Shown: in pieces, positions 31,304 through 41,084 of the stretch
Numbering within the stretch: the first letter of the stretch is position 1
How the letters are laid out: each line of letters starts with the position of its first letter
Assembly: GCA_965246715.1 (NCBI GenBank)
Contig: CBDFFH010000022.1
Location: 64,001 to 128,000 of the forward strand
Direction of reading: 5' to 3'
Length of the DNA: 64,000 nt
Source of the DNA: Chamaesiphon sp.
GTDB lineage: Bacteria > Cyanobacteriota > Cyanobacteriia > Cyanobacteriales > Chamaesiphonaceae
Made by a program: the position numbers and the translations under genes
The notes under the pieces: generated by a model
What the model was told of the DNA's origin: nothing
Database searches by the model: none
Seen by the model: only the letters and a program-made list of their open reading frames with translations

Positions 31304-31404
31304 CTCAAGACAGTATCTACCGATGTTTTCAGCGATGTTTAGATCGCCGATCGTACTTGCATTCAGCAACGCTCGTAATTTCTCAATCTGAATACTCGAT
31401 CGTG

Positions 31405-31824
31405 TTAATAATTGCGGGTGGTGGAAGAACAAGCCAATGTTTCTGTACTACTGTTGTTGGCGATAATAGCTGATGCTTTCGCTTCATTTTTGGTATCGAT
31501 TAAATACATATTTTTGCGGTACTTGATGAGTGACTGTCCGCGTAACCCACTGCTCAGAAAGCGATATCCTTGGTCGATCGCTTGATATTTACCATTTTCA
31601 TCTTTGGCAGTATAGTAACCATTGGCTCTGAGCGAGATTTCTCCCGTTGCCGTAGTCTTGCTGCCGCATTGAAACTTGCCGATGATATTACTGCCAGTTG
31701 GTAGACTGGGTGTTGCTTGTGGACTCGTGGTTGGCTGGGGCTGCTGCGATCGGGCGGAAACAGTGACAAGACTAGCTAAAATCGTTAGCAAGCTAGCAGA
31801 TGCAATGGAGATCGATTTATTCAT
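31405..31824 (-). CDS. Hypothetical secreted protein
   Basis: Signal peptide, P/T/Q linker, small domain with two Cys. Confidence 0.6.
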   Translation of the reverse strand: MNKSISIASASLLTILASLVTVSARSQQPQPTTSPQATPSLPTGSNIIGKFQCGSKTTATGEISLRANGYYTAKDENGKYQAIDQGYRFLSSGLRGQSLIKYRKNMYLIDTKNEAKASAIIANNSSTETLACSSTTRNY

Positions 31825-32082
31825 GTTGGTGTTAATCGGTTTGATGTGCTGTTAACAACCTGGCGTTGGCGTTGGTACGCACAAAGCTTACATATACGCG
31901 CAGCGAGCATAATATCGGCGGATATTTTTGCCTTCGACGAATGGGACGGCAATATCGAAAGTCCGCATTCAGCCATGCGGCAAAGGCGACGCTACACGAT
32001 CGGGATTATCTCTATGTTAGTACTTCTGCTAAGTTAGTTTGTTTGACGATCGGCAAGTCAGATCCCGAACTGATGCTAACTA

Positions 32083-32165
32083 ACGTGAGTTCGGGATAAG
32101 AGGAGCATGGAGACTGAAGTCTCGGCTACTGGTGCGGAGCCAATATCCTTAACCCGAACTGATGC
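32083..32165. mobile_element. MITE family B, short copy
   Basis: ACGTGAGTTCGGG...CCCGAACTGATGC flanked by TAACTA (32077-82 and 32166-71); an extra right end at 32064-32076. Confidence 0.7.
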
Positions 32166-32279
32166 TAACTAGCAACTTAAGTTAGTGCCCGTGCAGTGCC
32201 AAGCTAATGAATTTTCGCAATAATCCGAGTAACATGATAATGAGCCACTTACTCATTCCCATCGAGTCCGAATCAATTT

Positions 32280-33110
32280 ATGCGCAGCGACATCGATCCA
32301 ACGGCAGTAATCGATCCGAGCCTTACCGAACGGCTTGCCAGATTTGCGATGTCGCCGCAAACAGGAGTCTGGAATCATTTAGACAAACAACAGATCGTCA
32401 ACGATCTGCGCGATCGCATCGCCGATCCCTTTCAAATTCAACAGGGCGAACAGCCATTTTGTGGCCCTGCGGCGGTAGTATTCGAGCTGATTCGCAAACA
32501 ACCACATCGCTATATCGATATCTGCCAAAGTCTATACGAACATGGCAGCTTTGATGGTTTTACCAAAAAAATTGTGGCAGCGGGGCGGTTGTGCCGCAGC
32601 TATGGCAATCTCCGCATGGCACAAGCTGATTGGATGATCCTAGCGACGCTACGAGACTGTGCGAATATGGTCGTTCCCGTGCATCCCAAAGCACCAAGAC
32701 TCGTCCGCGAATTTGGTGGTATGACTAAACCCTGGGAAATGAGCGGCTGGGTGCGCGAGTTACTGGGATACTCTGTTGCTAAATCTTATCCCACACCACT
32801 CTGGAATGAATTTCGCGCTCTTCAGGAGGCAAATAATATCATCAATTCTGGTGGTGTCGCGTTTGCACTGATCAATTCGCAAGGATTATTGGGGAATAAT
32901 TCCTTGCTGGCATCGCGATTTCATCGGATCTATCCCAACCATTGGGTCACAATTTTAGGAAATATCTCGATCGAGCCATCAACTCAAGTTGTGAAAAAGA
33001 AGCGCACTAGAGTCAATTTTGATATCTATTCCTGGGGTAGAAAAATTCAAGTTAATACCGATGCAGCCGCGATTAGAGATTATTTCTGGGGCATAACTAT
33101 CGGCAAGTAG
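32280..33110 (+). CDS. Hypothetical protein, possible papain/calpain-fold cysteine peptidase
   Basis: QQGEQPFCGPAA, PNHWV and YSWG in catalytic order. Confidence 0.55.
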   Translation: MRSDIDPTAVIDPSLTERLARFAMSPQTGVWNHLDKQQIVNDLRDRIADPFQIQQGEQPFCGPAAVVFELIRKQPHRYIDICQSLYEHGSFDGFTKKIVAAGRLCRSYGNLRMAQADWMILATLRDCANMVVPVHPKAPRLVREFGGMTKPWEMSGWVRELLGYSVAKSYPTPLWNEFRALQEANNIINSGGVAFALINSQGLLGNNSLLASRFHRIYPNHWVTILGNISIEPSTQVVKKKRTRVNFDIYSWGRKIQVNTDAAAIRDYFWGITIGK

Positions 33111-33286
33111 CGATCGAATCCCCGTCACGATCGAGCTTCAATCAGATAGCGATCGATAAGAGTTGGTGTGCAAAAAATTAGTATCGATCCTCGATCGATA
33201 TAAGTTTACCCACCCTACATCTACATCTACTAAATTCGATCGAGAAACATGTGCGCTGGAAAGCTTGCTCCGCATACATTTGAGCT

Positions 33287-33306
33287 GTGGGCAATGCCCA
33301 CCCTAC
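33287..33306. repeat. REP-like palindrome (GTAG family)
   Basis: gtgggcaatgcccaccctac; inverted partner at 33853-33873, related copy near 44326-44342. Confidence 0.7.
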
Positions 33307-33719
33307 TGGCTGATTAAATGATTATTACATATATTTAAACCTATTAAGCCTCCGCTTATTAAAACTAATGTATTTATTGCAATTCCAACTAGTGTAAACA
33401 GCACAGTCCAAAAATATATGTAAGTCTTTTGAGCATTATCTAATATGTTATCTGGAGGAGAACCTTTGATTTCTTTTAAACAAAAAGGAACTACGGCTAG
33501 AAATGCTGTTGTAAAATGAATAACATATAAATCATTAGCTGATACATTTTCAGTTAGAGCATATTTTGTAATTATAGACATGGCTGCAATTAAATAGTAG
33601 TAATATGCGAGCTGAAATACAGCATATTCTTCAGTGTTTATGAAGTAAATTAATAACAGTAAAAATCCTGTAATTCCTAATGTTATATCTACGCAAAGAT
33701 TTACACTACTGGTATTCAT
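33303..33719 (-). CDS. AT-rich hypothetical membrane protein
   Basis: 138 aa, about four hydrophobic segments. Confidence 0.55.
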   Translation of the reverse strand: MNTSSVNLCVDITLGITGFLLLLIYFINTEEYAVFQLAYYYYLIAAMSIITKYALTENVSANDLYVIHFTTAFLAVVPFCLKEIKGSPPDNILDNAQKTYIYFWTVLFTLVGIAINTLVLISGGLIGLNICNNHLISQ

Positions 33720-33852
33720 GAATTTAGTATTGTATTGAAATAATAGAATAAAAATTAGAAGGGAAATCCATATTTAAACTGCAATGTGTTCAACACATCT
33801 CTGTCGTCTAGCAATCCATTATGACTAACCCCTTTTTTAGCTCTAAAGAAAT

Positions 33853-33873
33853 GTAGGGTAGGCAGTGCCCACC
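33853..33873. repeat. REP-like palindrome (GTAG family)
   Basis: gtagggtaggcagtgcccacc; 18/20 match to the reverse complement of 33287-33306. Confidence 0.7.
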
Positions 33874-33980
33874 GAATGGGTTTCAGGGATTATCTATTCA
33901 ATAAATAATCCCACTTACCTACTTATTAGGTAAGTGTTCTATCGATATCCTTATCCTTACGATCGAAAAGTAGCTAATAA

Positions 33981-34535
33981 TTAAGCTCCATGAGCGCGAG
34001 GATCGGTTTTAGGGCTTTTGTTGCTGTTAGGAGTAACTTTAGGCGTGAATGCGGAAACTTCCCCTGTTTCCGAACTGGTAGACAAGGTTTCCCCCGTTGC
34101 TAACGCTGAGAGCTTGGCTGCTAAAATCTGGCGGGGTTGTTCGCCGATCGCTTGCGCTAGCACCTGCCCCTGGCGATCGAAAAAGACAAAATGTGGAATC
34201 CCATCAACGCGGTATTTGGTGACTTCTGGGAGCCATTTAGTATTGTCCACATTGAGCATTGAGAAGTTGACTCGATCGCCAAATTCTGATTTGACTGCTG
34301 CCAAATCTGCGGCCATTGCCTGACAACTGGTACACCAATTTGCATAAAATTCCATCAGTGTTGGCTTGCCATTACTTAGGGCGATATCGATCGGTTGAGC
34401 CTGTGCCGCCTGAGCCGCTAAGCTCGTACCAGAGTTTTGGGTACGAACGCCCAAAGCGAGTGCAACTACCAACACGATCGCCATCGTCGCGATCGCAAAG
34501 TTACGCATTCGTTGCGGAGCAGAAGTAGTTTGCAT
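33981..34535 (-). CDS. txlA: Membrane-anchored thioredoxin-like protein (TxlA/HCF164)
   Basis: N-terminal TM, EFYANWCTSC, NVDNTKW, VDGIPHF. Confidence 0.85.
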   Translation of the reverse strand: MQTTSAPQRMRNFAIATMAIVLVVALALGVRTQNSGTSLAAQAAQAQPIDIALSNGKPTLMEFYANWCTSCQAMAADLAAVKSEFGDRVNFSMLNVDNTKWLPEVTKYRVDGIPHFVFFDRQGQVLAQAIGEQPRQILAAKLSALATGETLSTSSETGEVSAFTPKVTPNSNKSPKTDPRAHGA

Positions 34536-34683
34536 ATAAATAAATTTAAAATTTGGGAATAGTCGGTAACTTAAATATATCCCTAGCTCGCTCCAAAGTC
34601 AGCCCAGAAATATCCGCCTCACCCCCTAATTAAGCCTCGCCAATCCCAAGAACATTCCCAGCCCCTAATCCCGATCGCCTAAC

Positions 34684-35355
34684 ATGACCCCAAATCGATG
34701 TAGGATCTACAATGCATCAACCAGCGATCTTTTATCGATGTTGTTAATCCCGACCCTAGCCGAATCCCATCACCAAATTGTCGAGTCTCTAGCTAAGTAT
34801 AGCGATCGAGAATTAGTGAGCTTACATCAGTTACATCCCGACCAAGGCAAATTTTTCACAGCCTTGTTTTGTCGCTACGGCTCGATCGTTTATAGTGTCG
34901 TCCAACATGCCGCCGAATCACCGATCCAAGTTGAATACCTATTTGCGATCGCCTGGCGACAGATTTTTCACGAACTGCACCGCGTACAGTTATCGTCAGA
35001 TGCTGAGGTCACTAATTGGCAAAACTGGCTGATCGATATTACTGGTAATACGATCGACCAGATCGAAGTGCCTTTTCCCGCACAGATCCGTTATTGTCTT
35101 AGCGATGCACCGCCACCATTATGGTGCTATCTCGAACGTGGACTCGATCGGATTCCGCCACTATCGCGACTAATCGTTGTCATGACTCAAAACCTCAAGT
35201 GGAACGAGCAGCGGATCTCGGCTTATCTGCAAGGGGAAGGCGAGACGATTTCGCCAACTGCAATTCCGACTTATCTCGAGACAGGTTATCAGCAACTGAA
35301 AGCTACTTTACCTCAAGATATTCGCGAGATTTATCTAGCGATCGACAGCAATTAG
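34684..35355 (+). CDS. Sigma-70 region 2/4-like protein (ECF-like)
   Basis: FTALFCRY...W and L..LPPL.R...ISAYL patterns; likely start ATG 34738. Confidence 0.55.
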   Translation: MTPNRCRIYNASTSDLLSMLLIPTLAESHHQIVESLAKYSDRELVSLHQLHPDQGKFFTALFCRYGSIVYSVVQHAAESPIQVEYLFAIAWRQIFHELHRVQLSSDAEVTNWQNWLIDITGNTIDQIEVPFPAQIRYCLSDAPPPLWCYLERGLDRIPPLSRLIVVMTQNLKWNEQRISAYLQGEGETISPTAIPTYLETGYQQLKATLPQDIREIYLAIDSN

Positions 35356-35412
35356 TAACTGACAAATAGCGCCGCTAAGATTTGCTAGTGCAGGCGAGCG
35401 TCGAGTTGAAGT

Positions 35413-36779
35413 TTATGTGGAACTGATGACAGACTTTTTGAAAGTAATCGTTACAGTGGTACCCACATTAATTTGACTATCGATCGCGATTTCACCCTGA
35501 TGACTGGCGACGATCGATCTGACAATCGCCAAACCCAAGCCAGATCCGCTACTCACGTCCGAAGTCCCCGCTGTCCGAGCTGGATCTACCCGATAAAACC
35601 GATCGAATAAATATGGTAGTGCGGGATCGGGAATACCGATCCCAGGGTCTCGAACTTGCACTTGCAGATAGGGGAGTTTTGGCGCAGCAGTTGTTCGAGT
35701 CGGACGATAATCTCTGCTGGACGATCTGCTCCAGGGGGCTGCACGGGTGTATATTGAATTGCGTTAGTCAGTAAATTGGTAAATAGCCGCACCAAGCGAT
35801 CCCAATCTCCATTGATATTAAATACATCGAGTTCGCCGTTTTCTGGGTGTATGAGCGCAGGCGGCAGATCGATAATTTCTAGCGTAAGTTTAATCCCCTT
35901 ATCGGTAGCAGCCGATTGTTGTTCCTCGATCGTTTCCATGAGTAAGGCATCCAAAGGCAGCGGACTAAATTGCGGCGCGAGTGAATTACTATCTTGCCGT
36001 GCTAAAAACAACAGATCGTCAACTAATCGCCCCAATCGGCGGGTCAAGCGTTCGATCGTCTGAAGTTGTTGGCGTTGGAGTGGTGGGAGTGGTTCTTCAG
36101 CGAGGGCGACTTGGACGTTAGTTTGAATTATTGCGATCGGGTTGCGGAGTTCGTGGGAAGCGTCAGCGGTAAACTGTTTGAGTTGTTGGTACGATGCCTT
36201 GACGGGTTCGATCGCAATCCCTGATAAAAACCAGCCGATCGCAGCGACGCTGGCAATAACTAGTGAAGTGCCAATTGTCAGATCGACGATCAGTAATTCA
36301 GTCGGTTTAGTTACTTCAAACCACGGATGGCTGACACGCAAAAAGCCGATTAATTGGCCGTGGGATGTGACTGGGGCAGTGATTTGTCGGAGAATGAGGT
36401 CGTTGTGCGCGCGGACAGTCTCGCCAGCAAGATTGACCCAAACTGGGATTCCGAGAGGTTCGCGGAGCGTAGACCAGAGCAATTTTCCACTGAGGGAAAA
36501 CAATTCTAAATCGATCCGATCGTCTTCCAATCGATCGGAGTCATCTTGAAAACTGGCCGCGACATTAATCTCAAATCGAGCTGGTGCCGAATGGTTATCG
36601 ATTTTGTCGATCGCGATCGACCGACTGACTACTTCAACGACATGATTTAAGGTATCATCGATGCGTTCGATCAGTGTACTGCGCACGTAAATATACATGC
36701 CGCTGGCAAATACTAGCAACACAATCGCCGTGACGATGGTATACCAAATCGCCAAACGGCGGCGGGTCGTTTGGAACAT
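35413..36779 (-). pseudogene. Membrane sensor histidine kinase split by a frameshift near 35670-35685
   Basis: H-box ADASHELRNP and N-box NLLTNAIQYT in one frame; DxGIG, FDRFYR and GSGLGL in another. Start ATG 36779 (MFQTTRRRLA). May be a sequencing error. Confidence 0.8.
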
Positions 36780-37010
36780 AACAAACCGAACATAGATATC
36801 TTCAGCATAAAACACATACCACCCTAAATCTAATGCTGTTGCCGTAAAATCGATCGAGCTAAATCGTTGGCGCTGCTTGCCACGCTCGGGATCTCCCAAC
36901 TCGTCAACCAGTGACAGATTTTTTCGCAAGTAAAAAGAGCGGAATTAGATATCTACCGGATAAAATAGTTAACACGGCTCATTCACTCTGTTATCGCAAC
37001 ATCTACCTTA

Positions 37011-37352
37011 ATGAACAATCAGATCGACATCGACTGGGAACAACTTCACCAAGTTTCAGAAGACGATCCCGAATTTGAACTGGAATTACTCACAATGTTG
37101 GCTGAAGATGTCAAGATTCACATCGAAGATCTCAGCAAAGCGATTGTCGATCGCGATGCGAGCGGCATCGCGCATGAAGCACATTATATTAAAGGTGCCA
37201 GTGCCAATCTCGGCGCGATCGGGATTACCTCCCTTGCCAAGCAAATCGAACAACTCGCCCGCGATCGCGTTACTGCCGATCCCGCTCCTTTCGTCGAACA
37301 AATGAAGATCGAGCTGAGTCATCTCGAAGCCTATTTAGCAACTAGAACTTAA
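37011..37352 (+). CDS. Hpt domain phosphotransfer protein
   Basis: AHYIKGASANLGA motif. Confidence 0.9.
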   Translation: MNNQIDIDWEQLHQVSEDDPEFELELLTMLAEDVKIHIEDLSKAIVDRDASGIAHEAHYIKGASANLGAIGITSLAKQIEQLARDRVTADPAPFVEQMKIELSHLEAYLATRT

Positions 37353-37495
37353 CAGCTACCACGATCTGGATCTGGTGGATGGGTAAACTAACGATCGGGA
37401 TAGCATTCAGCCCGATCGGGAAACTCAACTTAGTCATTAGCCACTACTTGATATAATCGCAGTGTGTCTACTAAATTTTATGGAACTACATCACT

Positions 37496-38869
37496 ATGAC
37501 TATTCGCCGTCAGTATAGTTTGCCGAACTGTACCCTTGTTCTCGACGGGTTGAGTGATGGCAACTCCGCCAGTGGCATCCCCGATTCTCGTCCGGTAATG
37601 TCTAGTTTATTTAATGCCGAATGTCACTTTGTCGGTCGCGAACAACCGCTGTTGGGCGGTAGAGAGTTCTTGACTAGTTTGGTATCGACAGTTAGCAACT
37701 ATGCGCAAGAATTATTGAGTGGAATACATCATCCCGTACCCCCGACATCAGTGACCGATAGTTTAGTATCTTTGACTAAAGGCGATCGCGAAAATACACA
37801 TTATCTGCAAGCCAAGCTCGACCCTAGTACTAATCCTACCGCTGATGGTACTGCAGAAGTCAAGCTATCTACTATTGAGCTATTCGACCTATTAGAAGCG
37901 ATCGATCAGTTTCTCGCGGATCGACGCACGTTACCAGATCTGACGATCCCGCTGCGCCCAGTTACAAAGGCGATCGCGCAACCAATTTCCGCACAGGCAA
38001 CACCGATCGGATTGGGACTCGCTAGCTTGGTAGTCGCCAGTCTCATTGGCTATGCCTTACCCGCTCCCAAAGTTTCAAAACCACAACTCGGCACCCCCGC
38101 GCCGATCGTTGCACCCAGCACTACAAAACCTTCAGGAACGCCACCAGCAACAGCACCAGTACCAGCTAACACCAAGCCGACACCACAACCTGCTGCAACT
38201 ACTACCCCATCACCCACCAGCGCCATCCCTGCCAAAACAGGTCAGATTGTCGAAGCAACCTAGCTCGGCTTCCTCGAACGCAAATTGCGTCGCGATCTCG
38301 ATCTAAATTGGCAGAATCGCGCCCGCATCACCCAACCGCTAGCTGTTAACATCGGTGTCGATCGAGATGGTCGGCTTGTCGATTACGAACCGATCGGGCA
38401 AGTCGCTTTAGCGACTTTAAATCTCACGCCATTATCTAAAATTACTACTCCTAGTATCGATCCAGAGCGCGCGCGCGGGAAGTTCAAGGTGGTATTCAAC
38501 CCGACTGGCAGCTTAGCAATCGAGCCGATAGCTACCTCGCAGGGGACGATGAGTCTTGGCAAGCAGATCGCCGATCCACAATTAACAACTACATTAGCAC
38601 AACAACTACAAACTCAATTGCAGCAGTCAGCCATCACGCAAAAAGCCACTTATCCTCAAAATCTCAACTACCGCGTCGCGGTCACAAAAGCTGGAGTAAT
38701 TACCGACTACGAACCCCCAGATCCAGTCGCTACGACGAATCAGGCTAAAACCCCCCTGCCTGAATCAGTCAAGTTCGATCCCCAAGCGGCGATTTCCCAA
38801 GAAGCATTGGCTCAGTACAATGTCGTGTTCTTACCAAATGGCAAAGTCCAGGTTTCCCCCAGACAATAA
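37496..38869 (+). pseudogene. DUF4335 protein interrupted by an in-frame TAG at 38261-38263
   Basis: MTIRRQYSLPNCTL N-terminus; ORFs 37496 and 38285 share a frame with one stop between them. Confidence 0.75.
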
Positions 38870-38952
38870 CTATTCTCTCGGTGAATTTTTGAGCTAAAAC
38901 TGCCAAAACACCATACTCTATAACTGGCTTAGAGCAACTAATATCAAAAGTT

Positions 38953-39133
38953 GGCGTTGCTGAATATGGGTATAATTTTTGTAGGGGTGCTCCTGTCTTG
39001 TCGTTTTTTTATTCGGGGGGAACCCCCGAATAAAAACGCCGCTTGTGGGTACCCTGAATCGATGCGGGGTAAGCACGAGGCATTACCCCTACAAAAATTG
39101 TTTGTGCGTTTCATACATTAATTCAGCAACGCC
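38953..39133 (+). mobile_element. MITE family A, complete copy (empty IS110 site)
   Basis: 13-bp TIRs, 8-bp TSD caaaagtt (38945-52 and 39134-41), internal hairpin ttttattcggggg/cccccgaataaaa. Confidence 0.9.
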
Positions 39134-39287
39134 CAAAAGTTCTCTTCAGAGAACTGCCCAATTGATTAGTTCGTTGAAACGAACTTTTGCTATTAGCCCG
39201 TTGGCAAAGCCTCTCGGAACAAGACACTTATAGTTCAGGGCGGTGCTTGAACGGAGCAAATCAATTTTCCTTATCCCGCACTCACGT
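39134..39287. mobile_element. MITE family B, partial copy (right part)
   Basis: Homologous to about 49850-49979; ends CCCGCACTCACGT followed by TAACTA. Confidence 0.75.
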
Positions 39288-39313
39288 TAACTAACCTTGT
39301 CGTCGCTAAAATT

Positions 39314-39354
39314 AAAAGCTCGTATTCCTCCGTTAGTCAGGAGTGCGGGCTTTT
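39314..39354. terminator. Hairpin, probable terminator downstream of tyrS
   Basis: aaaagctcgtattcct...aggagtgcgggctttt with A and T tails. Confidence 0.55.
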
Positions 39355-39390
39355 AGGGTGCGAGCGGGTCGATATCTAGATACTAACCCC

Positions 39391-40629
39391 CTAGCTAACT
39401 AACTTTTTAAACCGTTTTTTCCCAACCTGCAATACCTTCCCGACTAATTGCCCAGCATCATCATAGGCAGTTTCGATATCACTAATTGCTACCCCATCCA
39501 ACTTCACCGCACCACCCTGAATCTGGCGTTTGGCATCATTGCTACCCGTACACAATCCGCTCGCCGCCAGAATTTGGAACATCTTCGTGGGAAAATTGAC
39601 AGAGCCGATCGAAAATTCGGGAATACTCTCGCCACCAGCATTTTTACCAGGTTTGGTAATCAACGCGATCGCATCGGCTTGGGCTTGTAATGCTTGTTCC
39701 CGTCCGTGGTACTGGGTGACTACCTCTAGCGCGAGGAGTTTCTGTGCCTCTCTGGGGTTCTCCGGCAGTCGATCGAGTGGTAAGTCAGTCAGCAGAGTAG
39801 AATAATCTTTGATGAGGCTATCGGGCGTTTTCTCGAGCTTAGAGTACATACTCAGCGGATCTTCGCCCATCCCGACATAATTATTCAGCGATTTGGACAT
39901 CTTTTGCACGCCATCGGTACCGAGCAAGATCGGCATCAACAGTCCAAATTGCGGCGTTAGTCCGAAATGCTTTTGGAGATCGCGTCCGACGACAAGATTG
40001 AATTTCTGATCGGTACCGCCGAGTTCGACATCGGCTTTGATTGCAACTGAATCATAGCCTTGCATGAGGGGGTAGAGAAATTCGTGGATGAAGATCGGGG
40101 TTTCTTTGGCATACCGGAGTGCAAAGCCTTCTTTGGCAAGCATCTGTCCCACTGTCATCGTCGAGAGCAATTCGAGCGTTTCGCCGAGATCGAGCGGGGA
40201 TAGCCATTCGGAATTGTAGCGAACTTCCAATCGTCCGGGTGTATCGAAATCTAGGATCGGTCGCACGCGATCGAGGTATGCTTGGGCATTAGCCGTCACC
40301 TGTTCCACGGTTAATTGCTTGCGGACTTCCGATTTGCCCGTCGGATCGCCGATCCGAGCGGTAAAGTCGCCGATGATTAATACCGCAGTATGTCCGGCAT
40401 CTTGGAAAGATCTGAGCTTCCGCAGGGGAATACTATGACCTAGATGGATATCTGCGCCAGTCGGATCGATGCCGAGCTTGACTCGCAACGGTCGATTGGT
40501 TGTCGCTAGCCGCTGGGCTAGATTTTCAGCCGGATCGGTAGAATTGGGCTGATGGGGAAAAATCTCAGTTATGCCCCGAAATAACCAATCGAACCGATCT
40601 GATGTAGGCACGGATACACTCGCAGTCAT
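39391..40629 (-). CDS. tyrS: Tyrosine--tRNA ligase
   Basis: [28 protein letters not shown]-terminal S4 domain. Confidence 0.97.
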   Translation of the reverse strand: MTASVSVPTSDRFDWLFRGITEIFPHQPNSTDPAENLAQRLATTNRPLRVKLGIDPTGADIHLGHSIPLRKLRSFQDAGHTAVLIIGDFTARIGDPTGKSEVRKQLTVEQVTANAQAYLDRVRPILDFDTPGRLEVRYNSEWLSPLDLGETLELLSTMTVGQMLAKEGFALRYAKETPIFIHEFLYPLMQGYDSVAIKADVELGGTDQKFNLVVGRDLQKHFGLTPQFGLLMPILLGTDGVQKMSKSLNNYVGMGEDPLSMYSKLEKTPDSLIKDYSTLLTDLPLDRLPENPREAQKLLALEVVTQYHGREQALQAQADAIALITKPGKNAGGESIPEFSIGSVNFPTKMFQILAASGLCTGSNDAKRQIQGGAVKLDGVAISDIETAYDDAGQLVGKVLQVGKKRFKKLVS

Positions 40630-41084
40630 AGGATGAAAATCAAACGGGATCTGAAAATAGTCGCAGGTTAAGCTTATTATAGTTACTACAGAAACTGAAA
40701 TATTTTTACACGCTTTTTAACTGTCGTTAACATTTTGAGCTACCAATCGACCTAAAGGTGCTGTCGATCGTCTACGATTGCATTGATGTCGATCGATCCC
40801 CAATTAATTAAATCGAGATTTACACTGTGGCAATCGCGACTTATCATCTTTAGAATCCCCGTTATCGACTAGCTTGCCAATCTTACACTTTGCCCTAGTT
40901 CGAGCGATGCGATCGAGAGAGACTACGCCAACGAGATGTAAATTCAGTATAGTTCCTAAATTATTGAGAGCAAAAGATCCCAACCGATCGATGGCAAGTC
41001 CACTAACGATTTAACTGCGATGAACGGCTCGGTTTACAACCAGCACTCATCATTAATCATCCATCATTCTGCGGAGCCTTACTA

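Larger units (their letters stand above)
30056..31318 (+). mobile_element. IS110-family insertion sequence (IS621-like), 1263 bp, CT core
   Basis: Left boundary defined by the empty site ATTACCCCTAC at 39082-39092. CT at 30054-55 and 31317-18; no TIRs. Confidence 0.93.
29917..31373 (+). mobile_element. MITE family A copy interrupted by IS110, with a non-matching right arm
   Basis: 29917-30055 is near-identical to 38953-39090. After the IS, a different arm ends in ATTCAGCAACGC (31361-31372). No target-site duplication. Confidence 0.8.

Noticed and set aside
32064..32171. Mini CRISPR array (19-bp direct repeat, two copies)
   Set aside because: Only two units, explained as MITE end plus TSD; no cas genes.
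40630..41084. T-box leader upstream of tyrS
   Set aside because: No T-box consensus found; the region looks like a divergent promoter.
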